DNA of 64,000 nucleotides from an uncultured Muribaculaceae bacterium (GTDB lineage Bacteria > Bacillota_I > Bacilli_A > RF39 > UBA660), in NCBI GenBank assembly GCA_964371025.1, contig CAYJKH010000003.1, positions 19,891 to 83,890 of the forward strand, given 5' to 3'. Shown here one piece after another: positions 48,863 to 57,913 of the stretch (position 1 is the stretch's first letter; each line of letters opens with the position of its first letter). Below the pieces are notes generated by a model. That model searched no databases and had not been told where the DNA came from. It saw only the letters and a program-made list of their open reading frames with translations. A program made the position numbers and the translations under genes.

Positions 48863-49483
48863 TTACTCAAATGCCTTTACATTAATTTTGATTGAAAACT
48901 CCTTTGGATCATTCGAAATGGTATATGTATCTGCTAACCACATTCTTAATCTAAAATTTTTAGAACTAGTTGTAGAAAATGTATCAGTATATAGTCTTCT
49001 GCCAGCTGGGTCTGACTCTGCCACTCTTAACTCTGAATAAGTCGGAACACTTGCTCCATCATAACCAGGATACGGATTTTCAGTTATACCATCTGTTAAA
49101 TATATTTTTACATAATCCTCAGATATTTCGTTAGGAACTATAACTTTTTCTGAATATACTTCATAATTAATAATAGAATTACCTACTAAAGATGCTGATA
49201 CAGTAAAATCAAAATATCCTTGAATAACTCCATCAACTGAACTATTTTGTAAATTTTTTCCTACTTCATCTGATAATGGTAGACTATTTTCAATATTAAT
49301 TCCATCCGTTTTCTCAGAATACGCAAATGTAATAGCTCCAGTTGCTATTTTATTTTCTCGTTCACCTTCTGATGAAAAAGAGAAAATTGCGTAAGTAACT
49401 GTTACCGAAGCAACAATTAAAAGAATTGTCATTATAACAATTAAAATTACGTGGTTTCTATGAGATTTTTTTTGTTTATCCAC
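48863..49483 (-). CDS. TasA/camelysin-like secreted protein with a SipW-cognate signal peptide, paralog 4 of 4. It is the first gene of the operon and uses a GTG start (206 aa).
   Basis: ...VTVTYAIFSFSSEG...ATGAITFAYSEK. YFDFTV and FRLRMWLADTY motifs. TAGGAGGT RBS. Confidence 0.6.
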   Translation of the reverse strand: MDKQKKSHRNHVILIVIMTILLIVASVTVTYAIFSFSSEGERENKIATGAITFAYSEKTDGINIENSLPLSDEVGKNLQNSSVDGVIQGYFDFTVSASLVGNSIINYEVYSEKVIVPNEISEDYVKIYLTDGITENPYPGYDGASVPTYSELRVAESDPAGRRLYTDTFSTTSSKNFRLRMWLADTYTISNDPKEFSIKINVKAFE

Positions 49484-49507
49484 TCTTAAAATACCTCCTA
49501 TAATAAA

Positions 49508-49536
49508 AGTATATGATACTTTAGAGATTTTTACAA
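49508..49536 (-). promoter_or_regulatory. Sigma-A-type promoter for the four-paralog/sipW operon (-35 TTGTAA, 17-nt spacer, -10 TATACT)
   Basis: Minus strand reads TTGTAAaaatctctaaagtatcaTATACT, about 25 nt upstream of the RBS of paralog 4. Confidence 0.5.
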
Positions 49537-49552
49537 CTTTAAAAGTGTCTTT

Positions 49553-50305
49553 TTATATTTTAAACATTTTCTTTACATTATCAGATGTTATCGTTGCAAT
49601 ATAATTAAGTTCTTCATTTTTTATTTCTGCTACTTTTTTAGCAATTATAGGAATATTTTTAGAACTATTTTGTTTTCCTCTATATGGTTCTGGACTTAAA
49701 TATGGACTATCTGTTTCTAAAACTATTTTTTCTAAAGGAACATTTTTTACAACTTCTCCTAGTTTACTATTTTTAAAAGTAATAACTCCACTTATTCCCA
49801 GTAAATACCCTAACTTAATATACTCTTCAGCTGTTTCTTGACTACCAGAAAAACAATGAATTATCCCTTTTAAATCATATTTTTTTAATATATCTAAAGT
49901 ATCTTTAGTTGCTTCTCTACTGTGAATTACAACTGGCTTTTTTAATCTTTTAGCTATTTCTAATTGTTTCTTAAATATAATTATTTGTTTTTCTTTATTT
50001 TCTTTGCCATAATAATAATCTAATCCAATTTCTCCAACTGCAATAATTTTTTTATTATTTTTAATAAATTCTTCTAATTCTATTAAATCACTATCTACTA
50101 CATTACTAGCTTCATGAGGGTGGTATCCTAAACAAGTATAAACTCCATTAAATTCATTACTTAAACTAATACTTTCTTTAATTGAATTTTTATCACACCC
50201 AGAAATAACTATTGTATTTACTTTCGCTTCATTATTATCACTAATAATCTTTTTTATATCACTATAATCTTCTTTTGACAAATGACAATGTGAATCAATA
50301 TACAT
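49553..50305 (-). CDS. tatD: TatD-family metal-dependent DNase/hydrolase
   Basis: MYIDSHCHL... with the conserved His/Asp/Glu metal ligands. It is adjacent to metG, as in Bacillus (yabD). Confidence 0.85.
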   Translation of the reverse strand: MYIDSHCHLSKEDYSDIKKIISDNNEAKVNTIVISGCDKNSIKESISLSNEFNGVYTCLGYHPHEASNVVDSDLIELEEFIKNNKKIIAVGEIGLDYYYGKENKEKQIIIFKKQLEIAKRLKKPVVIHSREATKDTLDILKKYDLKGIIHCFSGSQETAEEYIKLGYLLGISGVITFKNSKLGEVVKNVPLEKIVLETDSPYLSPEPYRGKQNSSKNIPIIAKKVAEIKNEELNYIATITSDNVKKMFKI

Positions 50306-51808
50306 CTAGTCCTCTATTCTACTAAATAAGACTTCTGGTTTATTTAAATTATATAAATTTTTTTCATTATAAATTAAAGACTTATCATCTATATTTAGTT
50401 GCTCTATTATTTTTTTACTTGTTGATGGGATAAAACTTTCTAATAAAAGTGCTGAAACTCGAATAGCTTCTAATAAATTATAAATAACTTCTTCTAGTTC
50501 TTCTTTTTTAGTTTCATCCTTTGCTAAAATCCACGGTGTAGTTTCATCAATGTATTTATTGCTATTACGTAATAAAACAATAATTTTTTCTAATGCTTCT
50601 GCTACGTATAATGTATCCATTTTCTCTATAAATTCTTTATTTAAATTATTAATTTTTATTATGAATTCATTATTATTTTTCTTATTAATTTTAATTTTAC
50701 CACTAAAGTACTTTATCCCCATTGATATAGTTCTTTGGACTAAGTTTCCTAAAGTATTAGCCAATTCAGAATTATATTTTTCTTTTATAAGATCATAAGT
50801 GATATTACCATCATTAGAATAAGAAATTTCTTTTGCTAAGTAATAACGAACTCCATCCACTCCAAATTTTTCTACTAATTCATCTGCATAAATCACATTA
50901 TTTTTTGACTTACTCATTTTATCATTATTCATCAATAACCAAGGATGAGCAAATATTTTCTTTGGTAATTCTAAAGATAAAGACCATAAGAAACAAGGCC
51001 AATAAATAGCGTGAAACCTTATTATATCTTTACCTATAACATGTAAGTCTGCTGGCCATGTATCGTTAAACTCATCAGTTGGATTAGTTGTATCATATCC
51101 AATACTAGTTATATAATTTGCTAAGGCATCTAACCATACATATACAACATGCTTAGGATTTTGATTAATTTTTATACCCCAGTCAACAGAAATTCTTGAA
51201 ATACATAAATCTTGTAAACCTGGCTTTAAAAAGTTATTATAAATTTCATTTTTTCTAGACATAGGTGCTATAAAATCATCATGTTCTTCTATGTACTTAA
51301 TTAGTCTATCTTGATAATTAGTTAGTTTAAAAAAATAGGCTTCTTCTGTAAATTTTTCTACTTTTCTTCCGCAGTCAGGACATTTCCCATCTACTAATTG
51401 CGTTTCAGTCCAAAATGCTTCACAAGGCTTACAATATAACCCTGTATATTCACCCAAGTAAATGTCTCCTTTTTCATACATTTTATCAAAAATGTCATTT
51501 ACTAATTTTTTATGTTCTGGATTACTTGTTCGAATAAACTTATCATATGTTGTATCCATTAAATCCCATATATTTTTAATCTCTCCGGCAATTTTATCTA
51601 CATAATCTTGTGGATTAACTTTTGCCTCATGTGCTTTGTCTTGGATTTTTTGCCCATGTTCATCTGTCCCAGTTTGAAAATATACATTAAATCCTTGTGA
51701 TCTTTTATATCTCGCTAATATATCTGCTAATACAATGTCATACGTATTCCCTATATGAGGTTTACCTGATGTATAAGCGATTGCTGTACTTATATAATAT
51801 TTTTTCAT
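50306..51808 (-). CDS. metG: Methionine--tRNA ligase (short form, no C-terminal EMAP domain)
   Basis: HIGN (KPHIGNTYD) and KMSKS motifs; zinc knuckle CPDCG. Confidence 0.9.
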   Translation of the reverse strand: MKKYYISTAIAYTSGKPHIGNTYDIVLADILARYKRSQGFNVYFQTGTDEHGQKIQDKAHEAKVNPQDYVDKIAGEIKNIWDLMDTTYDKFIRTSNPEHKKLVNDIFDKMYEKGDIYLGEYTGLYCKPCEAFWTETQLVDGKCPDCGRKVEKFTEEAYFFKLTNYQDRLIKYIEEHDDFIAPMSRKNEIYNNFLKPGLQDLCISRISVDWGIKINQNPKHVVYVWLDALANYITSIGYDTTNPTDEFNDTWPADLHVIGKDIIRFHAIYWPCFLWSLSLELPKKIFAHPWLLMNNDKMSKSKNNVIYADELVEKFGVDGVRYYLAKEISYSNDGNITYDLIKEKYNSELANTLGNLVQRTISMGIKYFSGKIKINKKNNNEFIIKINNLNKEFIEKMDTLYVAEALEKIIVLLRNSNKYIDETTPWILAKDETKKEELEEVIYNLLEAIRVSALLLESFIPSTSKKIIEQLNIDDKSLIYNEKNLYNLNKPEVLFSRIED

Positions 51809-51875
51809 ATTTTCTTCATTTTCTATATATTTTAATATATTTTCCTTTCTTCAGCTTTTTTGTATTATACCATAA

Positions 51876-52529
51876 TTATTTTAATAAGTATGAATTGTTT
51901 TTAGTAAAAATAAATCTTTCTCCTATTTCCTTAATTCCATTTATTAATGTTGTATCTTTTACAATTAATTTTATTTCAACACTTTCAAGAATTTGTTTTT
52001 GATAATTGTTATTAATAAATTTAGATACTTCTTTAATTATTTTTGCTTCTTTTGCTTTGTCATCTGCTGTTATCAAAGTTTCAAGTTTAATAATAATGCA
52101 CTCTTCTGTTGACTTTTTTAATATTTCTTTTACATCTTTTTTGATTATTTTATTAATTTCTATAAAATCTTTCTTTAATAATTTAAATATTCCCTCTTCT
52201 TTTTCATATGTTTGTTTTTCAATACTTTCAAGAAGCTTTTTCTCACGTATAATAATTGATTTTTTAAATTTTTTCATTATTTCTTTTCTATATATCTCCA
52301 TTATATTATTATATTTTTCATCATCTAATATTATTTTATTTCTTTTTGACACTTCAATTAACTTACCTCTAATATTATCCATAGAATCCAATGGAGGTTT
52401 TTTTATTAGTGATAGTATATCTTCATCAATTAATATTTGAGTATTTTTTTTCACTAATTCCTGAATAGCTTTTAAATAATTATTATTATGTTGTTCCTTT
52501 ATGTTTTCTAGCATTTCCTGATTATTCAT
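51876..52529 (-). CDS. Hypothetical K/E/I-rich protein (217 aa) between mfd and metG
   Basis: Long ORF with no TM. It is highly charged and probably alpha-helical, and no family was recognised. The metG promoter (TGgTATAAT) lies downstream of it, so this is not a T-box leader. Confidence 0.4.
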   Translation of the reverse strand: MNNQEMLENIKEQHNNNYLKAIQELVKKNTQILIDEDILSLIKKPPLDSMDNIRGKLIEVSKRNKIILDDEKYNNIMEIYRKEIMKKFKKSIIIREKKLLESIEKQTYEKEEGIFKLLKKDFIEINKIIKKDVKEILKKSTEECIIIKLETLITADDKAKEAKIIKEVSKFINNNYQKQILESVEIKLIVKDTTLINGIKEIGERFIFTKNNSYLLK

Positions 52530-55500
52530 TATATTCCCTTTTCCTCTTCTATTATTTCTAAAAATTCTGTTAAATAGTAAACTGGATGTTTTTCTAATTT
52601 TTTAAGATCTAGTATTAGAATAACTTTGTTTCCTAATTTCTTAAAACTAAAATTTTGAGTTATTTTTTGACTATTAACAAATATTATATCCATACCTACT
52701 TTTTGTAGCAGTTCTGTTGGAAGAATCATCTCTATATTATTTTTTGATTCTTTTACTTGAAGAATATTTAATGTTTTTGCTTTTTTTTCAAAATATTCTT
52801 CTAATAGGTATACATTTAAGTCTTCATCAATTCTACCAAATCTATCCATCAATTCATTTTTAATTTCAGTTAATTTTTCTTTTGTATCTATACTATTAAT
52901 TAATTTATGAATTTCTATTTTAAGTTCATCATCCTTAACATAATCATCTTTTATATGTGTAGAAATATTTAACAACGATTTTTTTTCAAATTTATCATCG
53001 TCAACATCTTCGCCTTGTTTATTATTTATTTCATCATCTAACATTTTTAAATACATATCGATTCCTACAGAATCAATAAATCCAGCTTGTTCTTTTCCTA
53101 AAATATCTCCAGCACCTCTTATTGATAAGTCCCTTGCAGCTATTGAAAAACCACTTCCTAAAGCTGTAAATTCTTTAATAACGTCTAGTCTTTTTTTAGC
53201 AACCTCTGTTAAAAGTTTACTTTTTTTATACATTAAATAAGCATATGCAAACTTATCACTTCTACCTACTCTTCCTCTGATTTGATATAACTGACTTAAT
53301 CCAAAGTTATCCGCATTTTTAATAATTAAGGTATTAACATTAGGAATATCTATCCCGGTTTCTATTATTGTAGTACATACTAATATATCATATTTTTTTT
53401 CAATAAAATCAAGAATTCGGTTTTCTAAAACATTTTTTTGCATTTGACCGTGTGCAAAAGTAACTTTTGCTTCTGGAACTAACTCTTTTATTTTAGCTAC
53501 TTCTCTTTCGATTGAGGCTACTTGATTATGTAGAATAAACACTTGCCCTTTTCTAGATAATTCTTTATATATAACATCTTTTAAAATCATATCATTTTCT
53601 TCTAAGACATAAGTTTGAATTGGAAATCTATCTTTTGGAGGAGTTTCAATTAAAGATAAACTTCTAATACCTACCATTGACATTTGTAAAGTTCTAGGAA
53701 TTGGTGTAGCCGTTAATGTTAATACATCAACATTAACTTTATATCTTTTTAATTTTTCTTTATGAGTAACTCCAAATCTTTGTTCCTCATCTACTATTAA
53801 TAATCCTAAATCTTTTAAGTCTATATCCTCACTTAATAGTCTATGGGTTCCAATAATCATGTCTATTGTATTATTTTTTAATCCCTCTAAAATTAGTTTT
53901 ACTTCTTTACTAGGAGTAAATCTATTTAACAGTTTTATATTTACTGGGAAGTCTTTAAACCTGTTAAGAGCGCTTTTATAATGTTGATTAGATAATATAG
54001 TAGTTGGACATAAAAATAAAACTTGTTTTGAGTCTTTAATAGCTTTAAATGCTGCTACAAATGCAACCTCCGTTTTGCCAAAACCAACATCTCCACACAA
54101 TAATCTATCCATCGGAATTGATAATTCCATATCTTTCTTTATTTGATTTATTGCTAATTTTTGATCTTTTGTTAATTTATAATCAAAACTATTTTCAAAT
54201 TCAAGCATCATTTCATCATCTAATGAAAAATCAAACCCTTTTTTTTGTTCTCTTTCAGCATATAATTTTAATAGTTTATTTGCCATGTCTGTTACTTTAG
54301 CTTTTACTCTAGATTTGGTTTTTTTCCAGTCGCTTCCTCCTAAAGTGTTAATTTTAGGTGATGATCCTTCTTTTCCACTATATTTAGATAAATATTCAAT
54401 TTTATCTACTGATACATATAATTTGTCAGCACCTTTATAGATTATTTCTAAGTAATCCTTTATAATATCTCCATTTGCCAAAGTTTTTAAACCTTTATAT
54501 TGTCCTATACCATATAGTTCATGAACTACGTAATCTCCCACAGAAAGTCTATTTATACTTTTTAATCCTTTTCCATATTGGAAATGGCTATTGTACTTAA
54601 TTTTGCTTTTAGTTGAATTAAATATTTCTTTACTTGTTAAAAATATATAATTGCCTACTATAAAACCTTCATTCATAGCACCTTCTATTACATTAATGGT
54701 ATTTTCTAAAATATTTCCATTATTATTATATAATAGTTTTCCTTTTAATATCTTTTCCAGTTTATTTAATTGGTAACTTTTTAATACAATATTAACAGTC
54801 ATATTAGATTTTATTTGTTTTTCTAAGTAAAATAAAATTTCTTCTTCAGAACTAAATTTAATATTTATTTTTTCTACATTAAAATTTTTTTCATTAATTT
54901 TCTTAATATTATTGATATCATTAAAGTATATACAATTATCTTTTTCAACATCAGATAAGCTAAACATATACTCTCCAGTATAATTTTTATCCTTTTCAGC
55001 CTTGTATTCCATTTTTTCTTCTAAAAAATTAGAAAAGCCAGTTTCAATTTGATAATAATCCTTAAAAATAATTGTAGGGTTTTCTAGATAATCTGATATA
55101 TTAACCACATTTGTAAATTTATTCAAATATTTTTGTAGCCCTCTTTCAGACTCATCCGCTTTACTTCCACCTATAAATTCCCAATAGGGCATTATTGATA
55201 TTTCATTAACTTCTTCTAGTGATTTTTGAGTGTCTTCATCAAAAAAACGCAAAGACACTATTTCATCCCCAAAAAATTCAATTCTAACTGGACGATCAAA
55301 ACCTAAAACAAATACATCAATTATAAAGTTACGAATACCAAAATCACCAGTTTTTGTTACGATTGTTTCTTTTTGATACCCAATATCATATAGATGTTCC
55401 GCTATTTTTTGTGGTGAAATTTCCATTCCCACTTTTAAATTTATAATGCTGTTCCTATAACTATCTTTCGATGGTAAAAACCTTAAATAACCCATTAAAT

Positions 55501-55819
55501 TTGTTATATAAATTCCGCATTTTTTGTTAATAGTATTATTTAAAGTTTCTAACCTATTCACTTTTAGTTCAGGACTACTTATAATAGCTTCACTGGTTAA
55601 AAAATCGTCCATCGGAAAAATAAACGTATCATCAGTATAATTACGTACTGTATTATATATATTATTTGCTTCATATAATGAGTTAACAACTACTAAAATG
55701 TTTTTCTTTTTTTGATGCATTAAATTCGCTAAATATAAACCAAAAGATTCTCCGGTTAGACCAGAGATGTTTTTTTCATTAACTTTGTTTAAATCGAAAA
55801 AGTTTTTCTTAAATTCCAC
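52529..55819 (-). CDS. mfd: Transcription-repair coupling factor Mfd
   Basis: 1096 aa; superfamily 2 helicase motifs (GDVGFGKTEVA, DEEQRFG). Confidence 0.9.
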   Translation of the reverse strand: MEFKKNFFDLNKVNEKNISGLTGESFGLYLANLMHQKKKNILVVVNSLYEANNIYNTVRNYTDDTFIFPMDDFLTSEAIISSPELKVNRLETLNNTINKKCGIYITNLMGYLRFLPSKDSYRNSIINLKVGMEISPQKIAEHLYDIGYQKETIVTKTGDFGIRNFIIDVFVLGFDRPVRIEFFGDEIVSLRFFDEDTQKSLEEVNEISIMPYWEFIGGSKADESERGLQKYLNKFTNVVNISDYLENPTIIFKDYYQIETGFSNFLEEKMEYKAEKDKNYTGEYMFSLSDVEKDNCIYFNDINNIKKINEKNFNVEKINIKFSSEEEILFYLEKQIKSNMTVNIVLKSYQLNKLEKILKGKLLYNNNGNILENTINVIEGAMNEGFIVGNYIFLTSKEIFNSTKSKIKYNSHFQYGKGLKSINRLSVGDYVVHELYGIGQYKGLKTLANGDIIKDYLEIIYKGADKLYVSVDKIEYLSKYSGKEGSSPKINTLGGSDWKKTKSRVKAKVTDMANKLLKLYAEREQKKGFDFSLDDEMMLEFENSFDYKLTKDQKLAINQIKKDMELSIPMDRLLCGDVGFGKTEVAFVAAFKAIKDSKQVLFLCPTTILSNQHYKSALNRFKDFPVNIKLLNRFTPSKEVKLILEGLKNNTIDMIIGTHRLLSEDIDLKDLGLLIVDEEQRFGVTHKEKLKRYKVNVDVLTLTATPIPRTLQMSMVGIRSLSLIETPPKDRFPIQTYVLEENDMILKDVIYKELSRKGQVFILHNQVASIEREVAKIKELVPEAKVTFAHGQMQKNVLENRILDFIEKKYDILVCTTIIETGIDIPNVNTLIIKNADNFGLSQLYQIRGRVGRSDKFAYAYLMYKKSKLLTEVAKKRLDVIKEFTALGSGFSIAARDLSIRGAGDILGKEQAGFIDSVGIDMYLKMLDDEINNKQGEDVDDDKFEKKSLLNISTHIKDDYVKDDELKIEIHKLINSIDTKEKLTEIKNELMDRFGRIDEDLNVYLLEEYFEKKAKTLNILQVKESKNNIEMILPTELLQKVGMDIIFVNSQKITQNFSFKKLGNKVILILDLKKLEKHPVYYLTEFLEIIEEEKGI

Positions 55820-55823
55820 GCTA

Positions 55824-56390
55824 TCACCTATTCTTTTTATTATAATTACTCATTATTAGTTTAAAATCTTTAGTTAAAAAATCTAATACAACTTTCTTAT
55901 AAATTGATAAATTTTCATTAATTTTTTCAATATCTTCTTTAGTAAACTTACCTAGGACATAATCCTTTGTTTCTATATTTTTATTATTTGATATTCCTAC
56001 TTTCAACCTTTTATAATTACTACTTTTTAATAATAACTCTATATTTTTGAGTCCATTATGTCCTCCAGAACTACCTTTTTCTTTTAATTTAAAATTACCT
56101 ATATTTAGGTCTAAATCATCACAAATTATTAAAACGTCCTCTATTTCAATATTAAAATAATCCATATATTTTCTTATAACTGCTCCTGACAGATTAATAT
56201 ATGAATAAGGTTTTAAAAATATAGTTTTTTCGTTATTTATGACAACAGTAATATATTCACCTTTAAATTTAGACTTCCAATTGCTTAAATTATAGGACTC
56301 TACAATTTTATCTACAATATAAAAACCAATATTATGTCTTGTATTCTTATAATTTTCTCCTGGATTTCCTAATCCTACTATTAATTTCAT
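55824..56390 (-). CDS. pth: Peptidyl-tRNA hydrolase
   Basis: MKLIVGLGNPG...YKNTRHNIGF. Confidence 0.95.
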   Translation of the reverse strand: MKLIVGLGNPGENYKNTRHNIGFYIVDKIVESYNLSNWKSKFKGEYITVVINNEKTIFLKPYSYINLSGAVIRKYMDYFNIEIEDVLIICDDLDLNIGNFKLKEKGSSGGHNGLKNIELLLKSSNYKRLKVGISNNKNIETKDYVLGKFTKEDIEKINENLSIYKKVVLDFLTKDFKLIMSNYNKKNR

Positions 56391-56405
56391 AAATACATCT
56401 CCTTA

Positions 56406-57134
56406 TTAAATTACTTCACCTAATACCTTTTTATGTTTTAATGTTTTGCTATTATCGTCATTATACAAAATTATTGGTTCTAAAACACTAGTATTTTGTT
56501 TTCCTTCTTTTATAGCCTCGATAAGTACAAATGTAGCATTAGAATTAATTTTTTGGTATGCAAACTGTAATTTTGACAAAGTTAACCCAAAAAAATTAAG
56601 TAAGTTTAAATATTCATTTAATCTTTCAATTCTAAATACAGTAATAAATCTACCTTTTGGTTTTAATAAAAACGCCGCACTTTCTACTACTTCTTTCAAT
56701 GTTATTTTATATTCATGTCTAGCAATAACCTTTTCTAATGACTTATTTATTTTTTTTGTTTCATCATAAACAAAGTAAGGCGGATTAGAAAACACTAGTT
56801 CATACTTATTCTTTTCACTTTTTTTTAAATAGTTCTTAATATCTTCATTTTTAATAAATATTTGTTCTTCTAAATTATTCAATTTAATAGATTTATTAGC
56901 TAATTCTACCAATTTTTCTTGAATTTCTACTCCTATTATTTTTTTATTTGTATTTAATGATAATAATAAAGGAATAACAGCATTTCCTGTGCCTATTTCT
57001 AATATATTTTTGTCTTTTTCTTTTATTTCAATGAAATTAGCCAACAATAAAGAATCAAGGGAAAAATTAAAATAATCACTATCTTGGTATATTCTACGAT
57101 TAGTAAACCCAACTATATCATTAAGCTTCTCCAT
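56406..57134 (-). CDS. N6-adenine-specific methyltransferase (YabB/TrmN6-like tRNA m6A37 methyltransferase)
   Basis: NPPY motif (FSNPPYF) and SAM-binding EIGTGNAVIP. Its position between holB/yaaT and pth matches Bacillus yabB. Confidence 0.65.
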   Translation of the reverse strand: MEKLNDIVGFTNRRIYQDSDYFNFSLDSLLLANFIEIKEKDKNILEIGTGNAVIPLLLSLNTNKKIIGVEIQEKLVELANKSIKLNNLEEQIFIKNEDIKNYLKKSEKNKYELVFSNPPYFVYDETKKINKSLEKVIARHEYKITLKEVVESAAFLLKPKGRFITVFRIERLNEYLNLLNFFGLTLSKLQFAYQKINSNATFVLIEAIKEGKQNTSVLEPIILYNDDNSKTLKHKKVLGEVI

Positions 57135-57913
57135 TATACTTCAAACTCCTGCAGTTCCTTAGAATCTAAATATACTTTATAAGTTCCTTTAAAAATATTA
57201 ATACTTACTATTTTTCCTTTTCCTTGGGGCGTCTCAATAAACTCACCAACTTTAGGTAGTTCTTTTTTTAAATTAGTGTAAGTTTCATTTTCATATGCTA
57301 AACAACACATTAACCTACCACAAATACCATTAATTTTTGTAGGATTAAGTGCTAACGATTGATTTTTTGCCATATTTATAGATACAGTATTAAAATCTAG
57401 AAGAAATTTATTACAACATAAAGGTAATCCACAAGGACCTAAGCCACCTATTTTTTTAGATTTATCTCTTACCCCAATTTGTCTTAATTCTATTCTAGTT
57501 TTATATTTTTTTGCTAGTTTTTTTGCTAGTTCTCTGAAATCAACTCTATTATCTGAGGTAAACTGAAAAACTAATTGCTTTTTATCAAAACTAAATTCTG
57601 CATCAATTATTACCATATCTAATTTTAGTTTTTTTGTTTCATTTTTAGCATCTTCTAGAGCAATTTTTACTTCTTCTTGATTTTTTTCAATAATTTCTTT
57701 ATCCTCAGCAGTAAGCTTTCTAATTACTTTATCAAGAGGAAAACCTATATTTTCTTTTTTTTCTTGATATACATTTGTTTTAGCTTCACCATAGTATAGT
57801 ATATCATTAACCGAGATTAATACTTTATCTTGTTTTAATATTTTCTGACCAGCAGGATCAAAAAAAGAGTTTACTTTAGTATTACCAATAGATATCATTA
57901 TAACATTATGCAT
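57134..57913 (-). CDS. ricT: PSP1-domain protein (YaaT/RicT-like)
   Basis: 259 aa with a Cys cluster (LGPCGLPLCC...CGRLMCC), adjacent to holB. Confidence 0.75.
   Translation of the reverse strand: MHNVIMISIGNTKVNSFFDPAGQKILKQDKVLISVNDILYYGEAKTNVYQEKKENIGFPLDKVIRKLTAEDKEIIEKNQEEVKIALEDAKNETKKLKLDMVIIDAEFSFDKKQLVFQFTSDNRVDFRELAKKLAKKYKTRIELRQIGVRDKSKKIGGLGPCGLPLCCNKFLLDFNTVSINMAKNQSLALNPTKINGICGRLMCCLAYENETYTNLKKELPKVGEFIETPQGKGKIVSINIFKGTYKVYLDSKELQEFEV

Noticed and set aside
46935-49483. Type IV pilin, ComG pseudopilin or sortase-pilin interpretation of the four tandem small secreted paralogs
   Set aside because: There is no G-F-T-L-I-E prepilin motif, and no prepilin peptidase, pilus ATPase or platform genes. 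There is no LPxTG motif or sortase. The N-termini instead match the SipW/TasA-type signal, and a sipW gene is in the operon.
52006-52440. 144-aa plus-strand ORF
   Set aside because: It is antisense to the 217-aa gene. Its low-complexity I/S/F composition is typical of shadow frames in AT-rich DNA.
51809-52529. Possible T-box riboswitch leader upstream of metG, with the 217-aa ORF as an artefact
   Set aside because: No T-box consensus (AAUUAGGGUGGUACCGCG-like) is present. metG has its own promoter about 50 nt upstream. The 654-nt region carries one uninterrupted ORF with a plausible start.
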